DNA from: Bacteroidota bacterium
Lineage (GTDB): Bacteria; Bacteroidota; Bacteroidia; UKL13-3
NCBI GenBank assembly: GCA_027491085.1
Contig: JAIXWW010000020.1
Coordinates: 72,586-136,585, forward strand
DNA: 64,000 nucleotides
Direction of reading: 5' to 3'
The first letter of the stretch is position 1. Each line of letters begins with the position of its first letter. The position numbers were made by a program, and so were the translations under genes. A model generated the notes under the pieces. It saw only the letters and a program-made list of their open reading frames with translations. It did not search any database and was not told the origin of the DNA. This document shows, one piece after another, positions 8,145 to 16,862 of the stretch.

Positions 8145-10184
8145 CTAACCCCCAACTACTTCATCCAACTTTTTCTGCAATGCAAACATTTCATCGCGCA
8201 AGCGAGCAGCCTCCATAAAGTCCATGTCTTTTGCCGCTTTTTGCATGCGTTTTTGCGTTTCGGCTATCATTTTGTCTAGTTTAGGTTTGCTCAAATATTC
8301 CAAAATTGGATCAGCAGCCAAATTCAACTCTTCTGGTTCTACATAAGCTTTTGGTTCAGGAGCTAAAATGGTTCTTGCATCGGCCAATTCAGTTTGTTTT
8401 AAAATTTCCTCACGACTACGTTTGATAGTAGTAGGAGTGATGCCATGTAAAGTATTATATGCAATTTGTTTGTCACGTCTTCTGTATGTTTCATCTATAG
8501 TACGTTGCATACTGCCTGTAACTCTATCGGCATACATAATTACTTTGCCTCTATCATTCCTTGCAGCACGGCCAATGGTTTGCGTTAACGATTTGTCGTT
8601 TCTTAAAAATCCTTCTTTATCAGCATCCATAATGGCTACCAAACTTACCTCAGGTAAATCCAAACCCTCACGCAATAAGTTTACACCAATCAATACATCA
8701 AATATACCCAATCGTAAATCGCGTAAAATATCAACCCGGTCTAAGGTTTTTACATCGCTATGAATGTATTGGCATTTAATATTTAATTTGGTCATGTATT
8801 TACTCAACTCTTCGGCCATGCGTTTGGTTAACGTAGTAACCAAAATTCTATCACCCATTTTAATGCGCTCATCTATCTCGTCTAATAAATCATCCACTTG
8901 GTTTAAACACGGACGTACCTCAATGGTTGGGTCTAACAAGCCCGTAGGGCGAATGACTTGTTCCACCACCACACCTTCAGCTTGCCTAATTTCATACTCG
9001 GCAGGAGTAGCGCTTACATAAACAGTTTGCCCAATCATACCCTCAAACTCATTAAACTGCAAAGGTCTATTATCCATTGCCGAAGGCAACCTAAAACCAT
9101 ATTCCACCAAGTTTTCTTTTCGGCTTCTATCGCCACCATACATGGCGCGCACCTGAGGAATACTCACATGACTTTCGTCCACCATTAAAATGAAATCTTT
9201 TGGAAAATAATCTAAAATACAAAATGGCCTATCGCCCGGATTTCGTTTATCCATGTATCGACTATAATTTTCAATACCGCTGCAATAACCTAACTCACGC
9301 ATCATTTCTAAATCAAAATTGGTACGTTCTTCTAATCTTTTTGCTTCTAAGTGTTTACCAATCGATTTAAAATATTCAATTTGCGCCACCAAATCATCTT
9401 GAATTTCCCGCATGGCATCATGCAATTGTTCTTTTGGTGTAACATAAATGTTTGCCGGAAAAATAGCGCAATCTTGAACCGACTCTTGTTTTTTACCACT
9501 AACAGGGTCAATGATATCAATGCTTTCTATTTCATTTCCAAAAAATGAAATGCGAAAAGCAAAATCGGCATAAGCTGGAAAAACATCCAATACATCGCCT
9601 TTTACCCTAAAGTTACCTCTGTTAAAATCAGCTGTGGTGCGGCTATACAACGAATCGACCAAAGCATACAAAACAGTATTGCGTACAATTTTTTGTCCGA
9701 CATGTAAACGAACAATGCTGCTTTCATAATCTTTAGGATTACCTGCACCATAAATACAACTTACCGAAGCTACTACCAATACATCTCTTCTGCCTGAAAG
9801 CAAAGCAGAAGTTGTAGAAAGCCTCATTTTTTCTATTTCTTCGTTAATGGCTAAATCTTTTTCTATATAAGTATTGCTCGATGGAATAAAAGCCTCAGGT
9901 TGGTAATAATCGTAGTACGAAACAAAGTATTCAATTCTGTTTTCAGGAAAAAACTGTTTAAACTCGCTGTAAAGTTGCGCCACCAAAGTTTTATTATGAC
10001 TTAAAATTAAAGTTGGCCTTTGCACTTGAGCTATTACATTGGCCATGGTAAAAGTTTTACCACTACCTGTAACACCCAATAATACTTGGCTTTTATCGCC
10101 ACGGTTTAATCCTTCAACCAATGCTTTAATGGCACTTGGTTGATCGCCTGTTGGCACATACTCGCTTGTTAACTTAAATTCCAC
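8145..10184 (-). CDS. uvrB: Excinuclease ABC subunit B
   Basis: 679 aa with the GVTGSGKTFT Walker A, helicase motifs and a C-terminal UVR domain (FMEAARLRDEMFALQ). It ends with tandem stops TAG TAG. Confidence 0.97.
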   Translation of the reverse strand: MEFKLTSEYVPTGDQPSAIKALVEGLNRGDKSQVLLGVTGSGKTFTMANVIAQVQRPTLILSHNKTLVAQLYSEFKQFFPENRIEYFVSYYDYYQPEAFIPSSNTYIEKDLAINEEIEKMRLSTTSALLSGRRDVLVVASVSCIYGAGNPKDYESSIVRLHVGQKIVRNTVLYALVDSLYSRTTADFNRGNFRVKGDVLDVFPAYADFAFRISFFGNEIESIDIIDPVSGKKQESVQDCAIFPANIYVTPKEQLHDAMREIQDDLVAQIEYFKSIGKHLEAKRLEERTNFDLEMMRELGYCSGIENYSRYMDKRNPGDRPFCILDYFPKDFILMVDESHVSIPQVRAMYGGDRSRKENLVEYGFRLPSAMDNRPLQFNEFEGMIGQTVYVSATPAEYEIRQAEGVVVEQVIRPTGLLDPTIEVRPCLNQVDDLLDEIDERIKMGDRILVTTLTKRMAEELSKYMTKLNIKCQYIHSDVKTLDRVDILRDLRLGIFDVLIGVNLLREGLDLPEVSLVAIMDADKEGFLRNDKSLTQTIGRAARNDRGKVIMYADRVTGSMQRTIDETYRRRDKQIAYNTLHGITPTTIKRSREEILKQTELADARTILAPEPKAYVEPEELNLAADPILEYLSKPKLDKMIAETQKRMQKAAKDMDFMEAARLRDEMFALQKKLDEVVGG

Positions 10185-10456
10185 AACGCAAATTTAAGCT
10201 ATTTTGGGTTTTGTATTTGTTAAGATAATTCAAATAATTTATGTTCAATAAGGAAAAGTTTCTATAACAATGTTTGTGTTAAATTGTGAAACAATTTTAA
10301 GTAACAATTTTAAATTCATGATTGGTTTAATTGCAGTCCAATTAAATTGCAGCAAGGCATTATTGATTGTTTAAAATAACAATAAGGGCTATATCTAATG
10401 CAAATTCTTAAATTAAATAAAATGCTTTTGGAAACATTTGCTAAAATAGTTTACAT

Positions 10457-10490
10457 AAAAAAAATAGCACATGTTGAATACATGTGCTAT
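10457..10490 (-). terminator. Rho-independent terminator of 10518-11735
   Basis: An 11-bp perfect stem ATAGCACATGT / ACATGTGCTAT (10464-10490) has a 5-nt loop. On the minus strand it is followed by a U-run (plus-strand A-run 10457-10463). Confidence 0.8.
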
Positions 10491-10517
10491 TTTCAAAAGT
10501 GTTTAATTGTTGAGATA

Positions 10518-11735
10518 TTAATTATTTAATTCGTATCGTGTTTGTTGTTCATCAATAAAAGTTTTTAAAGCATCTATCTTTCTTTCTTCTTTATTACTTA
10601 AATCTAAAGTGGCAGTTTTTACCAGAATTGCTTTTGCTTTTGCATAATCATTTGTCCAAGTATAGGCTTCAGCTAAATTCCAAATAGTAGCAAATGTAAC
10701 ATCATTATTTACTCTCGATTTTTTATCGCTTGGTGTTGATTGTTGCATAGCAAGATTCCAAAGTTCAATTGATTTTAAAAGCTTGGTTTTAGCTTCTTCT
10801 GGAAAGTCAATAATTTGCATATAAGCTTCTGCTGCAGATACATAAGCGCTAGCATAGTCAGCGTAATCAAACTTTTTACCTTCTACATTATTTAAAACTG
10901 TTTTTCTTTCTGTAACAGAAAAGCCACATTTTTTATTTAAAAGTTCATTGGCTTTTTTCATGCTTTTTTCAATACAAGGAGTTTCTAACGAAGGAAGTAA
11001 ACTAGCATTATCCTGAATTACTCTTTCAGCTTTTTCTTTATATTCTATATCGCCAGAAGTCCAAGTGCTATATGAATTTGTTTCTTCTACAGCAGCTTCC
11101 CAAAGAACTGTATTTCTGTCGGGAGATAAAATTTTTATTGTAATTGGGTGACGATAATTGAAGCTAGCACGATAAGATACTTTATTGGTTGAGTAGTTTT
11201 TCATTTCAGTTAATTTTACTGGCTCGTATTCAAAACCATGTGCAATAAATTGAACAATAACAGCATTCTCGCTAGATTTTTTGTAACCATCAAGAATGAT
11301 ATAAGTTGTTGCTAATAAATTAGCATCAGCAACATTTCTAATAAATGGTTTAGCCACAGATTCTTTAGATACATACTCTTGCGTTGGTTTGGTATTTTGA
11401 CCCAAAAGTGTTTTCTCAGCTAGTTTAGTTCCAAACGATTTATTCTTATAATCTTCTTTTTCTTTTGCATATTTTTCGGCAGATTCTTTTTTTTCTGCTG
11501 CATATTTTTGATTTGCTTCTTGGTTTTTTGAATCGTATTCTGCTTTTTTAGCTTTGTCTGCTTCAACGTATTCTAACACTACTTCACCTTTATATGATGT
11601 ATACTTTTTGTCAAGTGGGTTAAGTGGAAGTTGTTTGTATTTAAACTTAATATCCTCATCTTTTATTTTCTGTGCATTTAAAAAATTACATGTTAGCAGT
11701 AATGATAAGATTAGTAGTTTTGTTCTTGTTTTCAT
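10518..11735 (-). CDS. Secreted hypothetical protein with a Lys/Glu-rich N-terminal region and a helical-repeat-like C-terminus
   Basis: 405 aa with a signal peptide. No catalytic motif recognised. Confidence 0.55.
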   Translation of the reverse strand: MKTRTKLLILSLLLTCNFLNAQKIKDEDIKFKYKQLPLNPLDKKYTSYKGEVVLEYVEADKAKKAEYDSKNQEANQKYAAEKKESAEKYAKEKEDYKNKSFGTKLAEKTLLGQNTKPTQEYVSKESVAKPFIRNVADANLLATTYIILDGYKKSSENAVIVQFIAHGFEYEPVKLTEMKNYSTNKVSYRASFNYRHPITIKILSPDRNTVLWEAAVEETNSYSTWTSGDIEYKEKAERVIQDNASLLPSLETPCIEKSMKKANELLNKKCGFSVTERKTVLNNVEGKKFDYADYASAYVSAAEAYMQIIDFPEEAKTKLLKSIELWNLAMQQSTPSDKKSRVNNDVTFATIWNLAEAYTWTNDYAKAKAILVKTATLDLSNKEERKIDALKTFIDEQQTRYELNN

Positions 11736-11937
11736 ATTATTTTTTTAGTATTATATTAATGCATTATAATTTAATTTCCAATATTGACAAAATTATTTTA
11801 ACGTAAATAAAAAATACTGAGTATTATTTAACTGCTAACAATACTAAAAAATATTAAGCAATCTAGTTTATTTGAATTTTTGAAATTAAATCGTTGAATT
11901 CTGTTTCCAATAGGTTTTATAGTTATTATTAATTTAA

Positions 11938-12648
11938 TTGCCTAAAAATGTTTCCATCATGAAAATAAAAAACTTTAAAACCATTGTTTTTACTATTGCC
12001 ATAGGTATAATAGGTGTTCAAAAATCCGTTGCACAAATTGGGGCGGGCATTGGTTTTTTTATTCCATCTACCGGTTATGTAGCCAATGTTTTTGGACCTT
12101 TAAGTTTGCGCGGTGTTGGTTTTTCTATCAATAAAGTTTTTACAATGCAATCAGGTTTTACCGTTTACAGTATGCCTGGCAATGCTGTAACTCATCTGCC
12201 ATTCAAAGCCAAAGAACCACTTTTTGGCGCTTCCACCACACTATTGGTTCCTTTAGAATTTGGCTTAGGAACTCGTATTGGTGATATATCCATTTCGGCC
12301 AGTGCCGGTGGGTTTATGTTTTATAATTTTACACACAGGTTAGATAAAGGAAACTTTGATAGAGCCATTAGCGAATACGAAGGTTGGGATGTAACCAATG
12401 CTGATTTGAACTATACCAACAGGCCTGGCTATGGTTTTATTACAAGTTTTGAAATTGAATATCATTTAAATAAAAAACTAGGTATTTATATTCAATATTC
12501 TTATTTGGACGGAGAATCGGTATTGGATCTAAATGGAAAATATAAAGGTGGAAATTTAGGTGGAAATATTATAGAAAAAACTGCTGCCTTTAACGATGCT
12601 CGTTTAAGTATTAAAGGATCAGAAGTGAGTGTTGGAGTGCACTTTTAA
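11938..12648 (+). CDS. Small outer-membrane beta-barrel protein (hypothetical)
   Basis: The track start is TTG at 11938, and ATG at 11959 (MKIKNFKTIVF...) is the more likely start. It has a signal peptide ending AQ, Gly/aromatic-rich strands and a C-terminal ...VGVHF. Confidence 0.55.
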   Translation: MPKNVSIMKIKNFKTIVFTIAIGIIGVQKSVAQIGAGIGFFIPSTGYVANVFGPLSLRGVGFSINKVFTMQSGFTVYSMPGNAVTHLPFKAKEPLFGASTTLLVPLEFGLGTRIGDISISASAGGFMFYNFTHRLDKGNFDRAISEYEGWDVTNADLNYTNRPGYGFITSFEIEYHLNKKLGIYIQYSYLDGESVLDLNGKYKGGNLGGNIIEKTAAFNDARLSIKGSEVSVGVHF

Positions 12649-12677
12649 ATTTTCTTAAAAGTTTATTTCAAAAAAAA

Positions 12678-12702
12678 GGAGCAAGTTTAACTTGCTCCTT
12701 TT
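12678..12702. terminator. Bidirectional rho-independent terminator between convergent genes
   Basis: Stem-loop GGAGCAAGT-TTA-ACTTGCTCC, flanked by an A-run on the left and a T-run on the right. Confidence 0.8.
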
Positions 12703-12722
12703 AAATAGTTATTTGGTTTAAA

Positions 12723-13244
12723 TTATTTAACCAATGCTTTAATTTTTTCTTCTAAAGTAAACTCGTCACCTTCTAAATAACCAGTGTGGCTGTAAACAAT
12801 ATTTCCTTCTTTATTTAATAAAAAAGTATGAGGAGGATTTACCACATTCATGGCGCGCATCATGTCACTATTTACATCCAATAATACATCAAATGGCCAA
12901 GCTTGTCCGTCTACGTAAGGTTTAACTTTCATCACGTTTCTTGCATTGTCAATAGAAACTGCAACAACTATTACATCGTATTTTGATTTCCACTCTTCAT
13001 AAAGTTCGTTAATGTTATTTAACTCTTTTTTGCAAGGTGTACACCAAGTAGCCCAAAAGCTAATAATTACAATTTTGCCTTTCTTAGAATAATCTTTAAC
13101 ATTCACTACTTTACCATTTACATCTTTTAAATTTAAATCAGGTAAAGTTTGTTTTTGATCTTGTGCAAATGCCACATTTAAAGTTAAAAAAGCAAATAGT
13201 GCAAAAACTAATTTTATGGCTGTGGTTTTGTTAAAAAATTTCAT
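12723..13244 (-). CDS. TlpA-family thiol:disulfide oxidoreductase (periplasmic thioredoxin-like)
   Basis: 173 aa with a signal peptide and the FWATWCTPCKKE CxxC active site. Confidence 0.85.
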   Translation of the reverse strand: MKFFNKTTAIKLVFALFAFLTLNVAFAQDQKQTLPDLNLKDVNGKVVNVKDYSKKGKIVIISFWATWCTPCKKELNNINELYEEWKSKYDVIVVAVSIDNARNVMKVKPYVDGQAWPFDVLLDVNSDMMRAMNVVNPPHTFLLNKEGNIVYSHTGYLEGDEFTLEEKIKALVK

Positions 13245-13396
13245 GGTAGTTTCGTTTTATTGAGTTGGTAAATTAAATTTATATAAAGCACATATCAAAG
13301 TTACTGCCAAAAATTATTTTTTAACGCTTATCAAAAATTATTCAATTTTTTGGCAAGCATTTTGTAATCTTGAAGAAAAAATAAATAACTAAAACC

Positions 13397-13981
13397 ATGA
13401 AAAAAATAATCATCGCATTAAGTGCCATTGGCGTTTTACTAAGTTCAAGCTGTGGCAATAGAAAAATTGAGAGAGTTGACCCTAATTTGGCAACTGATAT
13501 TAGCGGTCGTTGGAATGATACTGATAGCAAATTGGTAGCTGAAGAGATGACAAAAGATGTGTTAACAAAACCATGGATTGGTAACTTTGAAAAGGCATCT
13601 AATCGTAAGCCAGTTGTAATTATTGGTAGTGTTCGCAATAAAACCAGCGAGTTTATTGATGCAACAGGATTTATTAAAAATATGGAAGTGGCTTTTATTA
13701 ATGAAGGAAGAGTAAGTGTAGTTCAAAGTGCAGACGAGCGTAATCAAGTTCGTGATGAACGTAACGACCAACAAACTTTTGCTAGCGAGGAAAGCAAAAA
13801 GAAATGGGGTAAAGAAAGAGGTGCTGATTTCATGATGAATGGCGTGATAACTTCTATTACCGATGAATATAAAAACCGCAAATCAGTGGCCTATCAAATA
13901 AATTTAGAATTAACCAATCTTGAAACGAATGAAAAGGTGTGGATTGGTCAAAAACAAATCAAAAAATTAGTTAAAAACTAA
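13397..13981 (+). CDS. LpoB-like (COG3417-type) lipoprotein
   Basis: 194 aa with lipobox LSSSC. The central KPVVIIGSVRNKTSEFID...INEGRVSVV pattern matches LpoB/Cj0091-type lipoproteins. Confidence 0.55.
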   Translation: MKKIIIALSAIGVLLSSSCGNRKIERVDPNLATDISGRWNDTDSKLVAEEMTKDVLTKPWIGNFEKASNRKPVVIIGSVRNKTSEFIDATGFIKNMEVAFINEGRVSVVQSADERNQVRDERNDQQTFASEESKKKWGKERGADFMMNGVITSITDEYKNRKSVAYQINLELTNLETNEKVWIGQKQIKKLVKN

Positions 13982-14010
13982 AATACAATAAATTCGAGTA
14001 TAATTTAAAA

Positions 14011-14042
14011 AGAATGTTCTGGTTTAACAGAACATTCTTTTT
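14011..14042 (+). terminator. Rho-independent terminator after 13397-13981
   Basis: Stem AGAATGTTCTG / CAGAACATTCT (14011-14038) followed by TTTT. Confidence 0.75.
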
Positions 14043-14071
14043 AATTACCTATTTTATTTACTAAAAATAAA

Positions 14072-15469
14072 TTGCATAAAACTAAACTTCATATATTATT
14101 CTTTTTGGCTTTAGGCTTTTTAAGTTCCTGCGCTACCTATTATCAAAAACAGGCCGATTTGATGCAATCTGTTTATGATGGAAGATTGGATAAGGCCGAA
14201 ACTTTAATGAATGATGCTAAATGGCAAAAACCACTTAGAAATAAGCTTTTATTTTATTTAAACAAAGGAACTATACTTTGGATGAATGGTAAAAATGAAG
14301 AAAGCAATAAGTATTTTTTGCAAGCTGATTTATTTGTAGAAGACTATAGAAAAAACTATGCTACAGTAATTGCAAGCACTTTAATAAATCCTAATTATAG
14401 CACTTATAATGGTGAAACATTTGAGCAAGTATTAATCCATTATTACTTAACCATAAATTTTGTTCAAATGAATGATTTTGACAATGCCTTGGTAGCTTGT
14501 AAACGAATGATTGAAACAAGTCAGCGTTTAAATGACTTAATGGGTAATAAAAACAAATACAGGCGTGATGCTTTTGCGTACAATCTTTTAGGAATGATTT
14601 ACGATGCGCAAGGTGATTACAATAATGCTTTTATAGCCTACCGTAATGCATTTAATATTTATAAGGAAGACTACAAACCTCAATTAGGAACAGATATTCC
14701 TACGCAATTAAAGAAAGATATTTTACGTACCGCCAAATTAATTAGTTTTAGTGAAGAGTTGGCTCAATACGAAAACGAGTTTAATAGAAAAGCTGAACTA
14801 ATACCAGAAGGATTTGCGCCTTTGGTATTTTTTTGGAATAATGGTTTAGGTCCCATTAAAGATGAGAATTCAATTAATTTTGTTATCTATCCTTTGGCTA
14901 ATGGATATGTTAATTTTGTTAATGCTGATTTGGGATTAAGTTTTCCAATTTATGTGGGAAGTGCTGATGATCGAAAAAATTTGTCGGCTTTGAATATAGT
15001 GCGTGTTGCATGGCCAAAGTATGTTACTCGTACTCCATTATTTCAAAATGCTGTTATAAAGGATAGCTTAAATCGTCAATTTAAACTTGAAGTGGGTGAA
15101 GATATTAATGCCATTGCCTATAAAAGTTTAAATGATAGAATGCTAAAAGAAATTAGTGAGGCTATATTAAGATTAGCTTTTAAACAAATAGCAATTAGTG
15201 CAGCAAAAAAAGAAAATGAAGCTGCTGGAGCTGCCTTAAGTATATTAGGTGCTGTGAGTGAAAAGGCAGATACCAGAAATTGGCAATTATTACCCTATTC
15301 AATTAGTTATACAAGAGCATTTTTACCTATAGGCAAACAAAATTTTGTTCTCGAAACCCAATCAAAGGATACCGTAGAGAGAAATACTTTTTTTGTTGAT
15401 ATGAAGGAGGGTAAAACTAATTTCCAAGCTTTTCAAACACTTCAATTCACTGGGTTTTCAGATAGATAA
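14072..15469 (+). CDS. TPR-like lipoprotein (COG3014 / Cj0089-like)
   Basis: 465 aa. The predicted start is TTG, with no in-frame ATG near the N-terminus. It has lipobox LSSC and TPR-like helices (YNLLGMIYDAQGDYNNAFIAYRNAFNIY). Confidence 0.55.
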   Translation: MHKTKLHILFFLALGFLSSCATYYQKQADLMQSVYDGRLDKAETLMNDAKWQKPLRNKLLFYLNKGTILWMNGKNEESNKYFLQADLFVEDYRKNYATVIASTLINPNYSTYNGETFEQVLIHYYLTINFVQMNDFDNALVACKRMIETSQRLNDLMGNKNKYRRDAFAYNLLGMIYDAQGDYNNAFIAYRNAFNIYKEDYKPQLGTDIPTQLKKDILRTAKLISFSEELAQYENEFNRKAELIPEGFAPLVFFWNNGLGPIKDENSINFVIYPLANGYVNFVNADLGLSFPIYVGSADDRKNLSALNIVRVAWPKYVTRTPLFQNAVIKDSLNRQFKLEVGEDINAIAYKSLNDRMLKEISEAILRLAFKQIAISAAKKENEAAGAALSILGAVSEKADTRNWQLLPYSISYTRAFLPIGKQNFVLETQSKDTVERNTFFVDMKEGKTNFQAFQTLQFTGFSDR

Positions 15470-15510
15470 ACGATTGTTTACTTAATTTTATCCATGAAAA
15501 AGTCGACCGC

Positions 15511-15598
15511 TGCTAGCGGGCTTTATATATCGAAAAATTGTATTGTTAGTTAAAAATTTATTTTACTTTTTCAACAATAGCTTTGAAAGCATCAGGAT
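15511..15598. repeat. Direct repeat copy 1 (88 bp): an orphan copy of the rplT 3' end plus spacer
   Basis: Base-for-base identical to 16301-16388 (offset 790 nt). On the minus strand it would encode ...[12 protein letters not shown]. Confidence 0.95.
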
Positions 15599-15608
15599 TA
15601 TTTGAGTT

Positions 15609-16187
15609 TTAATCCTCTTTTTTATAGCCTTCGTAAAAATACGATTGTTCAATGCCTTTAAAAATTACTTCTCTATTATTAATATCGTTGGTTAAATTAG
15701 CTTTTAAAAGTGTTTTTAATTCTAAATCGTTAATAGGGCTGCGTTCCATGGCTTGCATATACAATGTTTTATCAACATGTTGCCAATTAACCACTTGTAG
15801 TAATTGTTTTTTTAAAATCATATCAAGCCAAATTCTAGTGGTGCGTCCATTGCCTTCTAAAAAAGGGTGAGCTATGTTCATTTCTATGTATTTGGCTATT
15901 ATTTCTTCAAAAGTAGTTTGGGGCATTTGTTCTATTTTGGCTAATGCCTCCACAAGGTATAAGGCATTGGCAAACCTGAAGCCACCTTTACTTATATTTT
16001 GAGTACGTATTTGCCCCGCAAAAGGATATAAGCCATTAAAAAGGTAAGTATGTATTTGCTGCAAACCCAAAGTTGTACCTATTTCAATATTATTTATATA
16101 TCCACTATCAAACAAACGATAGGCATTTTCTAGACTTTGTTTATCTATATTTTTCATGTTTTGCTTTAAAGGATGTCCATTTGGCAT
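15609..16187 (-). CDS. fic: Class III Fic-domain AMP-transferase (NmFic-like, single domain, self-inhibited)
   Basis: [12 protein letters not shown] matches the Fic core HxFx(D/E)GNGRxxR. The C-terminal SYFYEG matches the inhibitory helix motif (S/T)xxxE(G/N) placed as in class III. The likely true start is ATG at 16157 (MKNIDKQSL...), giving about 182 aa. Confidence 0.9.
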   Translation of the reverse strand: MPNGHPLKQNMKNIDKQSLENAYRLFDSGYINNIEIGTTLGLQQIHTYLFNGLYPFAGQIRTQNISKGGFRFANALYLVEALAKIEQMPQTTFEEIIAKYIEMNIAHPFLEGNGRTTRIWLDMILKKQLLQVVNWQHVDKTLYMQAMERSPINDLELKTLLKANLTNDINNREVIFKGIEQSYFYEGYKKED

Positions 16188-16214
16188 TTAATGTCGCTGC
16201 TTACTGCTTTTAGG

Positions 16215-16245
16215 CAAATATATTTTTTACTTACTCAGCAACCAA
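16215..16245 (-). promoter_or_regulatory. Candidate Bacteroidota sigma-A promoter for fic
   Basis: The minus strand reads TATATTTG (16222-16215), matching the -7 consensus TAnnTTTG. TTG elements lie 16 and 20 nt upstream. Confidence 0.4.
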
Positions 16246-16280
16246 ACATAAAAATTTACAGTTGTATTAATAAAAACCAC

Positions 16281-16312
16281 CAAATAAAAAAGCCCACTAT
16301 TGCTAGCGGGCT
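16281..16312 (-). terminator. Rho-independent terminator of the thrS-infC-rpmI-rplT operon
   Basis: On the minus strand, AGCCCGC (16312-16306) pairs with GUGGGCU (16297-16291) including one G:U, followed by UUUUUUAUUU. The proximal arm lies inside repeat copy 2. Confidence 0.75.
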
Positions 16313-16388
16313 TTATATATCGAAAAATTGTATTGTTAGTTAAAAATTTATTTTACTTTTTCAACAATAGCTTTGAAAGCATCAGGAT
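16301..16388. repeat. Direct repeat copy 2 (88 bp): the genuine rplT 3' end, spacer and proximal terminator arm
   Basis: Identical to 15511-15598. It overlaps the last 41 nt of rplT (16348-16388). Confidence 0.95.
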
Positions 16389-16692
16389 GATTCATTGCTA
16401 AATCAGCTAATACTTTACGGTTTAAACCTAAACCTTTTTTAGCTGCTAAACCAATAAATTGACTGTAGCTTAAACCATATTGACGAACACCTGCGTTGAT
16501 ACGCACGATCCAAAGTGCACGGAAATTACGTTTTTTGGTTTTTCTATCGCGGTAAGCATAGTTTAGACCTTTGTCTATAGTATGTTTGGCGACTGTTAAT
16601 ACATTTTTTCTAGCTCCCCAGTAACCTTTGGCTAACTTTAGGAGTTTTTTTCTGCGCCTTCTTGAGGCTACTGAATTGACTGAACGTGGCAT
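16348..16692 (-). CDS. rplT: 50S ribosomal protein L20
   Basis: 114 aa with the canonical [26 protein letters not shown]... sequence. Confidence 0.97.
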   Translation of the reverse strand: MPRSVNSVASRRRRKKLLKLAKGYWGARKNVLTVAKHTIDKGLNYAYRDRKTKKRNFRALWIVRINAGVRQYGLSYSQFIGLAAKKGLGLNRKVLADLAMNHPDAFKAIVEKVK

Positions 16693-16783
16693 AATTTAAT
16701 TTTAGTTTTTTGAACCTAAGCGATCACTTCGGTTAAGTGTGATTCTTTGGGGCTTTTGTTCGGGTTAATACTTGTTTTAAACC

Positions 16784-16850
16784 GAGGTTGGGTTGGTTTA
16801 TTGTTAAATGGTTGGATTGTTAAATTGTTAGAAATTAAATCCTAGCAACT
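16784..16850 (-). other. 67-nt G-free (mRNA-sense) tract in the rpmI-rplT spacer
   Basis: The plus strand has no C from 16784 to 16850 by hand count. The minus strand reads ATTTAATTTCTAACAATTTAACAATCCAACCATTTAACAATAAACCAACCCAACC. Confidence 0.9.
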
Positions 16851-16862
16851 GACAACCAACAA

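Larger units (their letters stand above)
15511..16300 (-). mobile_element. Possible ~790-bp single-gene insertion/duplication module (fic cargo plus one repeat copy)
   Basis: The module is bounded by the perfect 88-bp direct repeats and carries its own promoter-like -7 box. No recombinase gene is present, so mobility is inferred only from the geometry. Confidence 0.35.

Noticed and set aside
8368-9548. Four plus-strand ORFs (65-131 aa) antisense to uvrB
   Set aside because: They lie entirely within a confidently identified conserved gene on the other strand and have low-complexity, Ser/Leu/Ile-rich translations typical of antisense frames in AT-rich DNA. The same reasoning applies to the short antisense ORFs inside thrS, lpxB, fmt, dnaE2, the RsmB-like gene, the TonB receptor, the T9SS cargo and others in the track.
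11893-11912. Shared motif TTGAATTCTGTTT(CC/GG)AATA upstream of two secreted-protein genes (also at 21732-21751)
   Set aside because: The exact match is only 13 nt. My rough estimate is that many such matches are expected by chance in 64 kb of AT-rich sequence compared on both strands, so this is not enough evidence for a regulatory site without genome-wide enrichment.
13342-13638. 98-aa minus-strand ORF overlapping the start of the LpoB-like gene
   Set aside because: It overlaps a plus-strand gene that has a clear lipoprotein signal and family resemblance, and it has no features of its own.
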